A stretch of 63,253 nucleotides of DNA, filler included, from Choristocarpus tenellus KU-1152 (taxonomy: Eukaryota > Protista > Phaeophyceae), in the NCBI GenBank assembly GCA_964200185.2. It is 11 parts of 11 records of this genome, joined end to end, with 100 filler letters (N's around TTAATTAATTAA, not from the genome) between each part and the next. Parts side by side here need not be neighbours in the genome. Positions count along the whole stretch, not along the records: positions 36,962 to 40,489 come from CAXNAD020019443.1; positions 40,590 to 43,709 come from CAXNAD020022180.1; positions 43,810 to 53,388 come from CAXNAD020003562.1; 8 more parts are not named here. One strand, written 5' to 3'. The first letter of the stretch is position 1, and every line of letters starts with the position of its first letter. Made by a program: the position numbers and the translations under genes. Under the pieces are notes generated by a model. It saw only the letters and a list, made by a program, of their open reading frames with translations. It did not search any database and was not told the DNA's origin. Positions 39,020 to 50,600 of the stretch are shown one piece after another.

Positions 39020-40460
39020 AGGTTGGAGTATGGAAAACATAGGAGTGCAGTAAATCATAGTGAGGCATTGTTGCAGAAGATAGCAGGGAATGTGATCCAA
39101 GGTAGGACATTAGTGTTTCCAAAAAGGGCGATGGCAAAGATTTCAGGACTGCAGTTGTCCCCAATTGGAATAATCCAAAAATCAACAAAGATAAGGATTA
39201 TTCATGATTTGTCGTGTCAGCAAGAGAGTTGGGATCCGAGTGTGAGTGAAGGAACAATTTGAAGAATACTTCCCTGTGCATTGTGGTACTGTTTTGGGAG
39301 ACGTAAGAGTGAAAGTACCTTAGAGGGTACGAGTTTTGCCCTGTTTGCCCATTTGGGACTTGCCTTCTCATGGGGTTATTTATGACATTTTCCTACCCCA
39401 AAATGTTTCGGAGTAGGTAAAATGTATACCTTATGAAAAGGTGTGTCAAGAACAAGGATATTGACACTTCCTAACAAACACGATAGCCAAAATTACATCA
39501 AAATCACAACATTGGATTTTGGCCCCCAAATTGACGTAGCCCTACCCTTAAAGATACTTTGGCTCGTAATTAAGAGGATTGTATAGGTCTAAGGAAGAAG
39601 TTCCTCAAGGCTGAAATCATGATTGGTAAGATGGATGTTTAGGATGCCCTTCGCCAAGTACCAATTGAACCAAAGGCGGCAGCTAGGTTTGGGTACTGCC
39701 TTGAAGATGTTATTGTGATAGGCTTCGGACTTCAATTTGGTTGGAAGAATAGCCCAGAGTGGAAAGACTAATGGCAAGTGCTCTAGATTTTTTCCATTGC
39801 AAAACAGATCCCCAATCTGCAGTCGTAATCAATGGAGCTGAGGGAATTACCGCAGGTGTGAGGCATTCCCAACAGATAGGAGGAATATATGTGAGTTGGA
39901 TGAGACAGGGAAGGTTCCAGAAATTATGGGGAAGGGGAGGACGACATTTTTTATTGTTAGGATATATGTTGATGACAGTATTCTAGTGAAGGTCCAATGA
40001 TTTGAAGATGGAAGGAGATTGAGACTGGCAATAAACCCCTTGTTATCGGACCACATACGATTGCTAGGTCATAGAAAGGTAGAGGAACCCCCCATCTTGT
40101 CAGCTAAAATCTTGACAGAGTGGCACGTCACACAGGTGGTAGTGGGATGGAAGATAGACACTGAGGCCATTATGATTGCGTTGCCAGACGGAAAATTGAA
40201 GGAACTGAAAGGCTTGCTAGAGGAATAGCCAGAGTCAGGTCAGTAGCAAGAGTGAAGGACTTGTGGATATTGTAGGAAAACCTTTTCACATGTCGTATGA
40301 CGATTTTTGTTTGGTGGCTGATGAATGTGTGAGGGCTACACCAGGAGGGGGACTGGCTGAGAAGGATAGCTCATGGGGGTGGTCAGAGAGAACAGAGTGC
40401 AGGGGTAAGGGCAGGAAACAAAGAGGTCAGGATAGGTAGGGAATTCAAGGAAGACTTATA
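39020..40460 (+). mobile_element. DIRS/Ngaro-type (tyrosine-recombinase retrotransposon) reverse transcriptase, degenerate
   Basis: LSPIGIIQKSTKIRIIHDLS; KMDV*DALRQVP; LQFGWKNSP; IYVDD; VVGWKIDTEAIMIALPDGKL. Many stops; interrupted by MITE copy 8. Confidence 0.82.
39307..39565 (-). mobile_element. MITE family A, copy 8, inserted in a DIRS-type RT
   Basis: GAGTGAAAGTACCTTAGAGGGTA...GATACTTTGGCTC with GTAA 4-bp TSD. Confidence 0.94.
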
Positions 40461-40589
40461 TTGGGTCAAAGTATCTGGGGGGGGGGTGCNNNNNNNNNNN
40501 NNNNNNNNNNNNNNNNNNNNNNNNNNNNNNNNNTTAATTAATTAANNNNNNNNNNNNNNNNNNNNNNNNNNNNNNNNNNNNNNNNNNNN

Positions 40590-43500
40590 CGTTCCCAACA
40601 AGTTTCTCACAAGTCGAAACAATACCCGCCACGGGTTCCCAGCTTACGTCTTTAACTCGCTTCTGTTTCCCAGTTCGCCCGGATCTATCACCAGCATGAA
40701 TGTAGCCTTCTACAAAACTACTTTTGCCGTACTTCTGAAGGGTCATGAACGCGGCGTTGTCACGTGTGTGATCACTGGTCGGCCGAAGCCAGTGAATATC
40801 CACCCCGCGCTCCCTGTCCTCGCTGACGCGCTCCGCTAGGATCTTGCCCACCAAGAGCAGCACCTCCGTCGCCGCAAAAAAGGCAAACCTGCCTTCCTGC
40901 ACTGAGTCTAGGTTCCATGGTTCCCCGATGTCAACGTAGCACGAGGTCAACTCCGTCGACGGGAGCCAAGTTCTTCCTTGTCACTGTGCGATGAGGAAGA
41001 GTGTGTTTCCTCGAGCCTGCCGAGATCATTGTCACCGCTGACAAGATTATCTCCTCCACCAAAACGTTCGCCCTGGTCGATGTCTTCGACGTCGCTGGCG
41101 CTAGTTCCAGCGCCATCATCATCGGTGGGAAGCCAATGGACTGGGAGGTCGAAATCTCGTTCCCCTGTCTTTTTGGGAAGCCGCACAGACTCGCTTTGCT
41201 CGTGTTTCGCTCTCTGAATGGCTTCATCGTCTGCGAAGGTGGAATCCATGAGCACGAGAACATCAACGGTATGGAAGCACGAATCTTACTTTGTTACCAG
41301 GCGTGAGGTTTCACGAATGCACTCGGGGAGCATGCGGTGAGAGGGAGGGTGTATATTTTGTCGGAATCGTGTCTGTTGAGTACAAGACCGGTACCCTCAA
41401 CACATTTATCGGGGGTAATCTAAGGTACTTTTTATTGCAACATGCGACAATCACTACACATGAGAATGCAATATTTTTCAAGATTATTTTTCTAAAGACT
41501 GTAAAGGCTGCCTCGTACAAAAGTTGCACCTGATTTTTTTGGCTGCCACCGAATACCAAAATAATCTATCTACTCCCCACACGAAAATATCGACTTACCC
41601 AGTGGGTACACAGCAGAGAGGCGCTCGTGCGACGCCTGATACTGCTGCTCCACCTTCAGGATGACGTCCTTGGGAATGCTCTTGAGCTGGTAGGGTGGTG
41701 CATCTTAGATAAGAGGCGGGTGGCCGATGAAGAGGTCGTGCGGAGGGGCATTGGGGTCGATAGCAAGGTCTCCGCCTATCCCACTCCATTCTGTGCTGTG
41801 CATGTATCGCTTTACGCTAACCTTCACCCGCCCATCACCGCCTTTTTCAACGCGAAAAGCCCTGTAGGTCGTGATATTGGGGACATGGTTGACGCGACCG
41901 CGAAGGAGTCCCTTAAAGTTGCCCTCGTTCCGCAGGGTCTTGTAGTATACTGGAACCTCCGTGTAAGAGGCCTGCAGCTCTTCACCCAGCTGTGTTCTTG
42001 TGAATATGTTTTTGCCTTTTATACCACGTGAGAACCTGAAGGTGAAATGCGAGCAAGTTAATTTTGAGGCGGGGGTGAAAGAAGCGAAGTGGAGAAACAA
42101 GATATATATGCAGGCACATGCTCTGATGCATGTATATGGAAGTATAGATACAAAAATGGGTGATGCGTACATTTTTTTTATTGTTTTGTTTCGAGAGTAG
42201 GTTACGAAACAGTTTTGGCAGCTACTCTTATCGTTCAATTTTGTTGTGGAGAAATCAAAAGCCAATCAATCAATTACAGCGTATGACCATAAACCTTCCA
42301 TGGATACAACAAGCGTGAGCTGCAAGCCTCAAGGCAGTATCTGTCCGTAAAATAACACTATGTGGCTATCGAACTTGCATATCTTACCTAACTACCTGGA
42401 GAAGATCTGATCGATTTTGATGTGCGTGTGCCCCACCGTCATAAAATGTATCTCGACCACACGAATGACACTCGCCGCAACCAACAGCCCCGCATATCCG
42501 AGAAATAAATTATTCTTGTTCTCTGAGACGCAGTTGTCAACCTGGCCAGTTTGGGGAGTTGGGAGCGAGGGAGGGATAGGCGTGAGGCCGATATGTCAGC
42601 CCATTTCGTCGCGTTTCGTGGAGGAACAGAGTATGTTTCTAGTATTGCTAAAGCGCAATCTCTACATCACCGCCATCATACACGCAGGTTGCAACACACA
42701 AATCAAAACTAAAGACCGTGCAGTTAGCTACTTGGAGACTGGTATTCAGCGAGTATGTGTTGAGTAGGTCGTGTCAAGATGAAACCTTCTTACCTGCCAA
42801 TGCGCGTGCTGGATGATGCAATTCCCTGCGTGATCGAGGCTGTTGTGGTACTTGTCGATAAGCCTTGTGAGGGCAAGGTGGGTGACTGTGCAGACAAGGT
42901 TACAACCTGCGCGAACAATGATGTCCAACAACTGTTGGCAAAAAGTACTCTGCTTACTTACGCATTGTTTATTTGGAGCTAAAAAGAGGGGTAATGTAAT
43001 TTGTTTATGCAATGTAAAGCACATACACCCATACGGCTGATGTACATATCTGTGATCTCCACCACCCGTTGATTAGCTCTTACGCTCCTCTAACCCTAAG
43101 CTGAGGCGTAGGAGGGCAGGGGAGCACAGCGCATCATCAGTTAATCGACTGTTCACGAGGCCTGCGGTATCTGTAGGCACATCGTGTAAGGATGTACTCG
43201 TCCTTACGGATTTACCCTACGGCAGGTCCACTCGCCACGATGGTAAATCAAGTGGTGCGTGTGCAACCAGCATCTATTCAGTCATGTAATTGTTCGCCAT
43301 GATCCACAATGCGTACCTCCTCCAAGATTGATAGGAGTGAAGAACACCTCTGCGAACTGGCCTTCAATATGTGCGGCCATGATCTTCTGGCGCCCGGAGT
43401 TTCCCCTGATAAGGGAGACATGAACGAAAGGAACTTGTAAAGAAAGGTCATCATGATGAACGGAGTAGGTAGTGGTATTATGTGCGTTTGTTTTGGCGAT

Positions 43501-43709
43501 TATTTCTTGGAACATTGCACTCACTCGTATGATTAAACATGGTGGTCTATTCTGTTCCGCGTGCGGCTGCAAAGTTGTTGTCGGATGGACTATGCGTGCG
43601 TGTGGTTACCTGTCACCGCCGTGGGTAGGTGGGTAAAGTGCTGGGAGGGCGTGTGCTGTCTGGTTCGCGGCGTCTACGGACATGAACACGAAGCCGAGAG
43701 GTTTGCCGT
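40590..43709 (-). pseudogene. Sola2-type DDD transposase, intron-containing and disrupted (exons 43709-43610, 43405-43317, 42906-42794, 42541-42396, 42035-41599, then a frameshifted C-terminal part at about 41300-40590)
   Basis: GT-AG splicing with consistent phases gives FMSVDAANQTAHALP...GGGCNLVCTV...HWQVDNCVSENKNNLFLGY...FMTVGHTHIKIDQIFSRFS. In-frame TAA at 41707-41705 and a frame change near 40950. Confidence 0.85.
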
Positions 43710-43809
43710 NNNNNNNNNNNNNNNNNNNNNNNNNNNNNNNNNNNNNNNNNNNNTTAATTAATTAANNNNNNNNNNNNNNNNNNNNNNNNNNNNNNNNNNN
43801 NNNNNNNNN

Positions 43810-44383
43810 ACCTGGAAGAGCTTCGGGGGAGGATGCTATCAATGGACCTGGTGATCTCGGACAAGCTGCTGCTCCTACAGTTCCTGAGTACTCTCAGATC
43901 AGCTTACGATACCGAGATACGCATGATGGCCTCGCAGAGAACACTATGTCTAGCAGACGTAGAGAAAACTGCTAGAGAGCGATATGCTTCCCTTCATCAG
44001 GGCAAGCACTCAAGACAGAAGAACAGCCATGCTTTGGTCGTTAACAGCTCATCGCAAGGGAAGAGTCAGTCTCATCGCAACGGCCAGGGTCACGAGAGAA
44101 CGTAAATTTAATTGTGAAGAAAGAAAAATGGGTCTAATTCCAATCCCAAACGTTCCGAGAAGATTGCTTGTGAGAGATGCGGTAAGCATGGACATGAAAT
44201 GACAGCTTGCCCAAACCGCATTTGCACCAAGTGTGGTGGACGCGCTCATGATGCAACAACATGCACTTTGGTGTTCTTGACTACGGTGTAGTCTGGGAAA
44301 GAAGAGATCAAGACCGAGGCGAATCCTTCTCACATTACTGTGGAGAGTACCACCAGCTGCGGTGACGACGAGCGATATGCACT
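43810..44383 (+). mobile_element. Ty1/copia-type gag remnant
   Basis: Helical gag-like stretch (LLLQFLSTLRSAYDTEI), then two CCHC knuckles CERCGKHGHEMTAC and CTKCGGRAHDATTC in the same frame, with internal stops. Confidence 0.82.
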
Positions 44384-44642
44384 GAGTCAAAGTATCTTAG
44401 AGGGTAGAGCCGCGTCCATTTGGGGGTCAAAATACAATGTTGCGATTTTGATGTAATTTTTGCTATCGTATTGTTATGAAGTGTCAACATCTATGTTTCG
44501 GACACACCTTTTCATAACATATATACATTTTACCTACTCCTAGACAATTTGGAGTAGGAAAATGTCATGAAAAGCCCATGGGAAGCCAATCCCCAAATGG
44601 ACAAACAGGGAAAAAATTGTACCCTCTAAGATAGTTTCACTC
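44384..44642 (+). mobile_element. MITE family A, copy 9
   Basis: Near-consensus TIRs; flanks CACT and AGTA do not match. Confidence 0.92.
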
Positions 44643-44680
44643 AGTATTTGAATTAGGTTAAAAATATTTCAACCCCGAAC

Positions 44681-47600
44681 CTTGAAATCTTTGAGTAGTG
44701 TCCCTGAAAAAGTTTCTGTGAATCCATCGAATGCCCCCAGCCCTGATAGGGACTGCACTTCGCTCCACATTCTTGCATCAATCCAATCTGGGGCAGGATT
44801 TTCTCCAGACTGGTCATGTGTATCTGTCTTCCCAGAGATTAGAAATGACCATTCCCTATCGTTAATCTGGTTGTCTCCCTGGATTCGAGGTGAGTCAGAG
44901 TAGGAGAGGTAAATACAATGAGGGGGGTGAGGGCTGAGAAAAATGTAGCAAGCTTATGGAGCATGGGTTGTACGAACTACAATTATAGTACTATATTATT
45001 CCTAGTACAGGTCTCTCTTACAGCTATTCTCTGGCATAGGTTGTGATACTCCACAAGTTGCTAAGGTCTGTGTCTGGTAGTCCCAAATAAGTACAATCTG
45101 CTCGGCAGGTCCAAGTTAGGTTGTATAAAGCGTAGAATATTGTATAAGTTCCATCAATGAAAGTGAAGCAAGATGATTTTTTCAAGCTATACTTATATCA
45201 ATGAGTCAACGTGCAAGCAGGATTCCAGAAGTACCAGTTGCATCAAAAAGGACATGCCTGAAGGACCCTGATTGTCATGAGGAAGGAAAAGAGCAGCTTG
45301 TCTTTCTCAAAGAGGCTGCGGCAGACATTGGTGTAGACATAATATGTGAAGAAATTGTTTAGCTCCTCTAAGCGCTCTTCCAGGACGTCACTGCTCTCAC
45401 TTAGACGGATGCCCTGGACAAGGGATACATTGTTTTGTCCACAACGGAATTGCAAATAAGGTGCCATGGCGCAGGGCTTGTTAAATTGCACATTAGCACA
45501 AACACGTTGGTGGAGGCCCCCACATTGATCACAAACAAAATTGTAATTACTAATATTGTTTATGATAATATAATCAAGGAGGGCATATGATACTAGAGAG
45601 CAAATGGATCCTATTGACTAAATGCAAGGTGTGTACCATACTGCTTGTGTAAATATTGCTCACCGTACATCAGTACATCATGGCATGAATTCAACTTGGT
45701 GGAAAAATAGGATACCATGTCTATCAAATCAAGCTCCGCCCTTCCTTGTGCTTGAGAAATCCCATTTGCAGTTGCTTACCTGAACAAATAGGCTAGTAAA
45801 CCATTGCAAAGAATACTGGTACATAGGATCAACCACATTGAAGTCACGGATGCAGAAGTACATTATTGATCCACGGTAGGCCACTGGACGGTACATCTCA
45901 CGACTGGCATCGATCTCTGTCTCAGTAACTTCTGCCTCTGCCACCTGGATTATGTCATTGAATACAGTGGAAATGTCCAAGTCACTGGGTTGGAGCGGAG
46001 AACTGGTATGGTAGATAGTGTCCATGGATGGCGAGGAAGTGTTTTAATTTTTCTGTTGTTTGTATCTGAATGTAACGAGGTGGATATGAGGGGAGGTGCT
46101 TTGGAGCATTTTGTTGTTCCCAATAGAAGTTAGAGCTTGAGTCACATACTAGTTATTCAAATAGAATTTGTGTGAGGTCACATGCAACTCCTGTTCTGGA
46201 GGTTGCATTATTATACAGTGAACTGTCAAAGGTCAGTGAAAAACATTGGACTCTTTCGTTGAATAGGGTTACTACCTTTTTTGTGATCTCTGTGGAAGTT
46301 TTCTTTGACGAGGCAAGTGTTTCGATGAGCTCATGATCATCAAGGATGTTGCCCTTAGAGTTTGAGAGAAGAAATAGAATGCGGTTCTCTATCTCCTGAA
46401 GCTCTTTCTTCATCTTTGCATTGGATACCACTGCAGAATGGGGAAGAAGGCAAGGGAGTAGCATTGAAACCTTGCGATCACATCAGACAACACATGAAAT
46501 GGTATTCGATTATGTGCTGCACCACTTTTTCGTACTTTGGCACAGGGACGTCTACCAAACGTTGATGTGCTTGGCTGACTATGGGAATATGGTAACTGCG
46601 ATAAATCTTGTTTTGGCAAAAAAAATAGAAGTGTGGATTTCCAGGTGAGAAGTACAAGTTCCTGTTACCATAATATTGTAGTTTTTTTAAAATGAGCTAG
46701 TGCATATGGTGGCATAAGTACGACCTTACAGTCATAATGGAAAGTGATGTATGGATCTCCGAGTATCGCCTTGACAATCATCTTTTACATCACATTGAAG
46801 AGCACAACGACAATTTGATTGGGAACAATTCAACAGCGAAAGAGTTTTTTCAGTGCTGGGAAAAATTCCTGTCCATGCAACCTATATTGTCAAAAGCATG
46901 ACTAGGGGGAAAAATTCATTGCTTCTTAATCTGAAGATTTGATTTGAGTCTGGGCAATTGATGCTAATGGCACTAACCAAGGCTGTTCTTCTTCTCCTCC
47001 ATCTCTGGCATCTCTTCAACCACCACCACTCCCAGCAGCTGGTCCTCAAGACCGGTGAAAGTGATGGCAAAATTCACCAAGCTGACCTTTACACAAACCT
47101 CTGGTGGATAGTGAGGATTGCTCAGCTTGGTTGTCATGAAGAAACGGAATTGGTCATTCCATGGAATCGTTGAATCTCCAACCTGGGAAGAGTGGCAGTG
47201 GTGTGTAAGTTATAAAATATTCCCTGAGAAAAAAAGATCAAGAGCAAAGTTGTCAGCCTCTTGTTATCATGCTGGCAGCTCTTGCAAACGTAATCTTGAT
47301 TGAATGCACTGCGCCTCTTGTCTTGTATACTTCTACTCCGATAAAAAATACATGTTAAAGTTGAGCAGCCAATTTGGCATCACAACACAAACGTTGCACA
47401 ACTTCTTCTCTACAACATTGAAGTGATTGCCATGGCATCTCCTCAATCCGAAAGTCATCAAATTTCTCCACAGTAGTAAGAAGTGCATTGCTCGAGGTAA
47501 AGCAGCCAGTGATGGGAAAAGATTCATTCATATACAGCATCTCGCCAGGAGTCAATACTTCGAAGTACTCGCACTTGCTCATGATACCTCTGAACCCGGA

Positions 47601-50600
47601 ACAATCAGCACATTTCAGCTAGAATATATATTGGCCAATATTCTTCATTCTGGTACTTTCCTATGCCACTATTTTCCTCTGTGAATTCATCCTTGAACCC
47701 TGAACATCATGTAGATACATCCACATGTTTCCCTATACATTTCAAGAGATATCCTTGTATAATAGCTTGCCTTGATCATCTCGGTGCCACCCTGCTTGAA
47801 TCTCTGCTGGAGAAGGAGAGGCTCCAATGCAGCATCCAGGTTCTCCTAGTTGGAAAGAAGGTATGAGGTTCTGTCAGGAGTGGAACATTTGTACAATGTA
47901 AAAGTTGTCATCAAGGATTCTTTGAAGTGTTGGGTCTTGCGTCAATTCTTTCGCAATTTCGGCACTTGAGTCCAAGTTTTCCATAATTTGTGTGCTGCAC
48001 CTGAACGTTCTCAAGGAGAACCCATCGCCCGAATCTGATGCCATTTTCGAGCGTTCTCAAGAAGTTCTTGTCGGTTAACTTGATGACATCAATCCCATTA
48101 AGGGAGAATGTTGGATCCTTGCCCATGTTCTTGATGTAACGGTTTGCTTGGCCCTGACAGAGGATTGACAGAAAAGGTTGCATGGTGTATCATAGAAGCT
48201 GTAGGGGAAGCTTGGTCGACACTTCAGTCAGGATATACCTTACTACTCTTCCCTCACTGGTACCCAACATGCCATTCTACTTCTCCACTGATACCCAATT
48301 ACTTAAAAGTGGCATTTGCTGATCTTGCCTTCTTTCCCCCCACTCCCTCCTCCCAACATTTTTGCACCCTCTATATGGTTATACCTCCAAGCACTTTGCT
48401 TCTGGATGAATTTTTAATAATGAAGTACGAGTGCAATCTTGAGGCTTATGGTTGGGAGAAATAGTTCTGCACTCATCCGTTCAACTGGTCATAAATAGGG
48501 TCACTGGACAAATATGCTATGAATCCAATCCCGAAAGGGGTATTTTTCTCTGACTCCACCCTTACGGCACTGAAGCACCAGAGAATTTTCAACTGTGTAA
48601 CCTAGATTCAACAGTAGTGCAAAGTACACCTGAAGATACCTCTAGCACTTGTGTGTGTCGGGAATAATAACCTGATAGATAAAAATAGTGTTGTGCATGT
48701 GTGCACTTCTCATCTGTTGTACCTGGGTCAATCAGGTGGATAGAACCTCACCTGTGGATCAATGAGCAGCGGATAACGGCGTGCCAAGCTCATGAAAATT
48801 CCGTTCTCAATGGAATGCCCATCGCTTGGTAGGCCTGCTATTGTCCAAGCCCGGATCTTTGTAGCATATGATTTGGAGAGCATGTATAATAGTACAGGTA
48901 AATGATTGGTAGGACATTCAGAGCAGATTGTTGTTGGAGAGCGCTTTTCATAGTGCATAACTCAATATTGGAGACAGTTTCACTATCCATTCACCTATCG
49001 AAAAATAAGTTTACAATCATTTCTGTATATCAATTCAGCGGGGAGAGAGGATCACTTAGATGTTGAAGATCTCACAAGGAATGTTGAGAAGCTTGACGCA
49101 CATGAGGCCCATTGCCGGAAGCTAGCTGTTGAATTACAAGGTAAAGCACACACTGAGTTATTAATTGCCTGTCAACCATCCATCATCACTGATGTGTGGA
49201 TTAATGTTGACTTATTATACTTTATATACGTATGTACTCTGTATCATACCTAACCAAATATAAACGTACGTATAACCTATGTTGTATACTTGTGTCAGCA
49301 CAAACAACGTAAGGATAACACTAGGTTATTCAACAAGGGAAGCACTATCAGAATCTTTTGTTTAGTCCAAGTGTTGTTGCCTGACCATATCTGACTGAAG
49401 GTCTAGTGCTGTGGAGTGTGTGAACGGAAGGCTCTGTTAGAGAATTCAACTTACTAGCAAGAGCACTTACGGCCTTGTGCCGTTGTCCCAATGTTCCCAC
49501 AGGGAGACATACAACAATGCTACTTACACATAACCCCTGATAATTTCACATGACTCACTCAACAGTCGCCAATGTTGTGCACCTGAACAGGGTCCGCTAG
49601 GGTCAGTCGTACGTCACAGCCCTTGCTGTGAGGGATCCCGAGTACGTCAAGCTGTTTCTGCCAGTTCTTCACCAGTCGATGCCGGAAGTCTGGGGTGAAA
49701 GGGCCAGAATATGCAATCATGCCAGCAGAAACCAAAGCGTCGCCCACCAGATTGTCATAGTCCTTGCTCAGTTGAGCCACACTCACCTTGGTTTTGTGTG
49801 TGTGTTAATACAAATAGAACTTGTTACATAAGCGTTTGGCAAAGTTCCTTTTTGTGCAGGGTAGGAGATCATTTGTATGTTTCTTTCCAGATGGAAAAAC
49901 TGCTATTATCCTCTAGAGCTGAGCACGATCTGAAACGTGGAAGTATTTTATTTACTACTTCAATGTCGTTACCATTTTGCCTACCTACATCACCTTAAGG
50001 GTAAATACAACCTCCGCTGTGAAGAATTGCAGTGTAGCTGATCTACTTCTTAGCCCTTTCTTACACACCAACTCTATTTTGGTTCGTGATTGGAACAAAG
50101 TTCACTGTCGCACACATATAGGTTCATATACTCCAAATATGGCTATAATCTTTAGGGTACACGGCCTACGCCAATGAACTGCAAAGATCGCTTTGACCGG
50201 GGAAGGGCACATCATTCTGTTACACTATGGGTCCCATAAGCACTGCACAAGATACAGCGTGAACATGTCAGTCAATGACACAGAGTATATTTTCGTTTGT
50301 TCTTGGTGAAAGTGTGTTGGACTTTCTTTGCCCACAATAATGTGAATTACTTCATAACTGGGCTCCACTGCATGTCAAGGGTTGGCATGTCTTGAGACAT
50401 TGATTGAATGGTTACTTGATGATTGATTACCACACACTAGTTCAATGCACAATGCGAAGATGTCCGAATACTTGACAGGTGGTGTAATGGAGAAATAAGC
50501 AAAACATGCTCAGATGCAAGACATAGATATAAGAAAGAATTGTTTGAGGTTGGGTATGAAAATACATTTTTTTAGTAAGATGTGAGGATTATGGGGAAAA

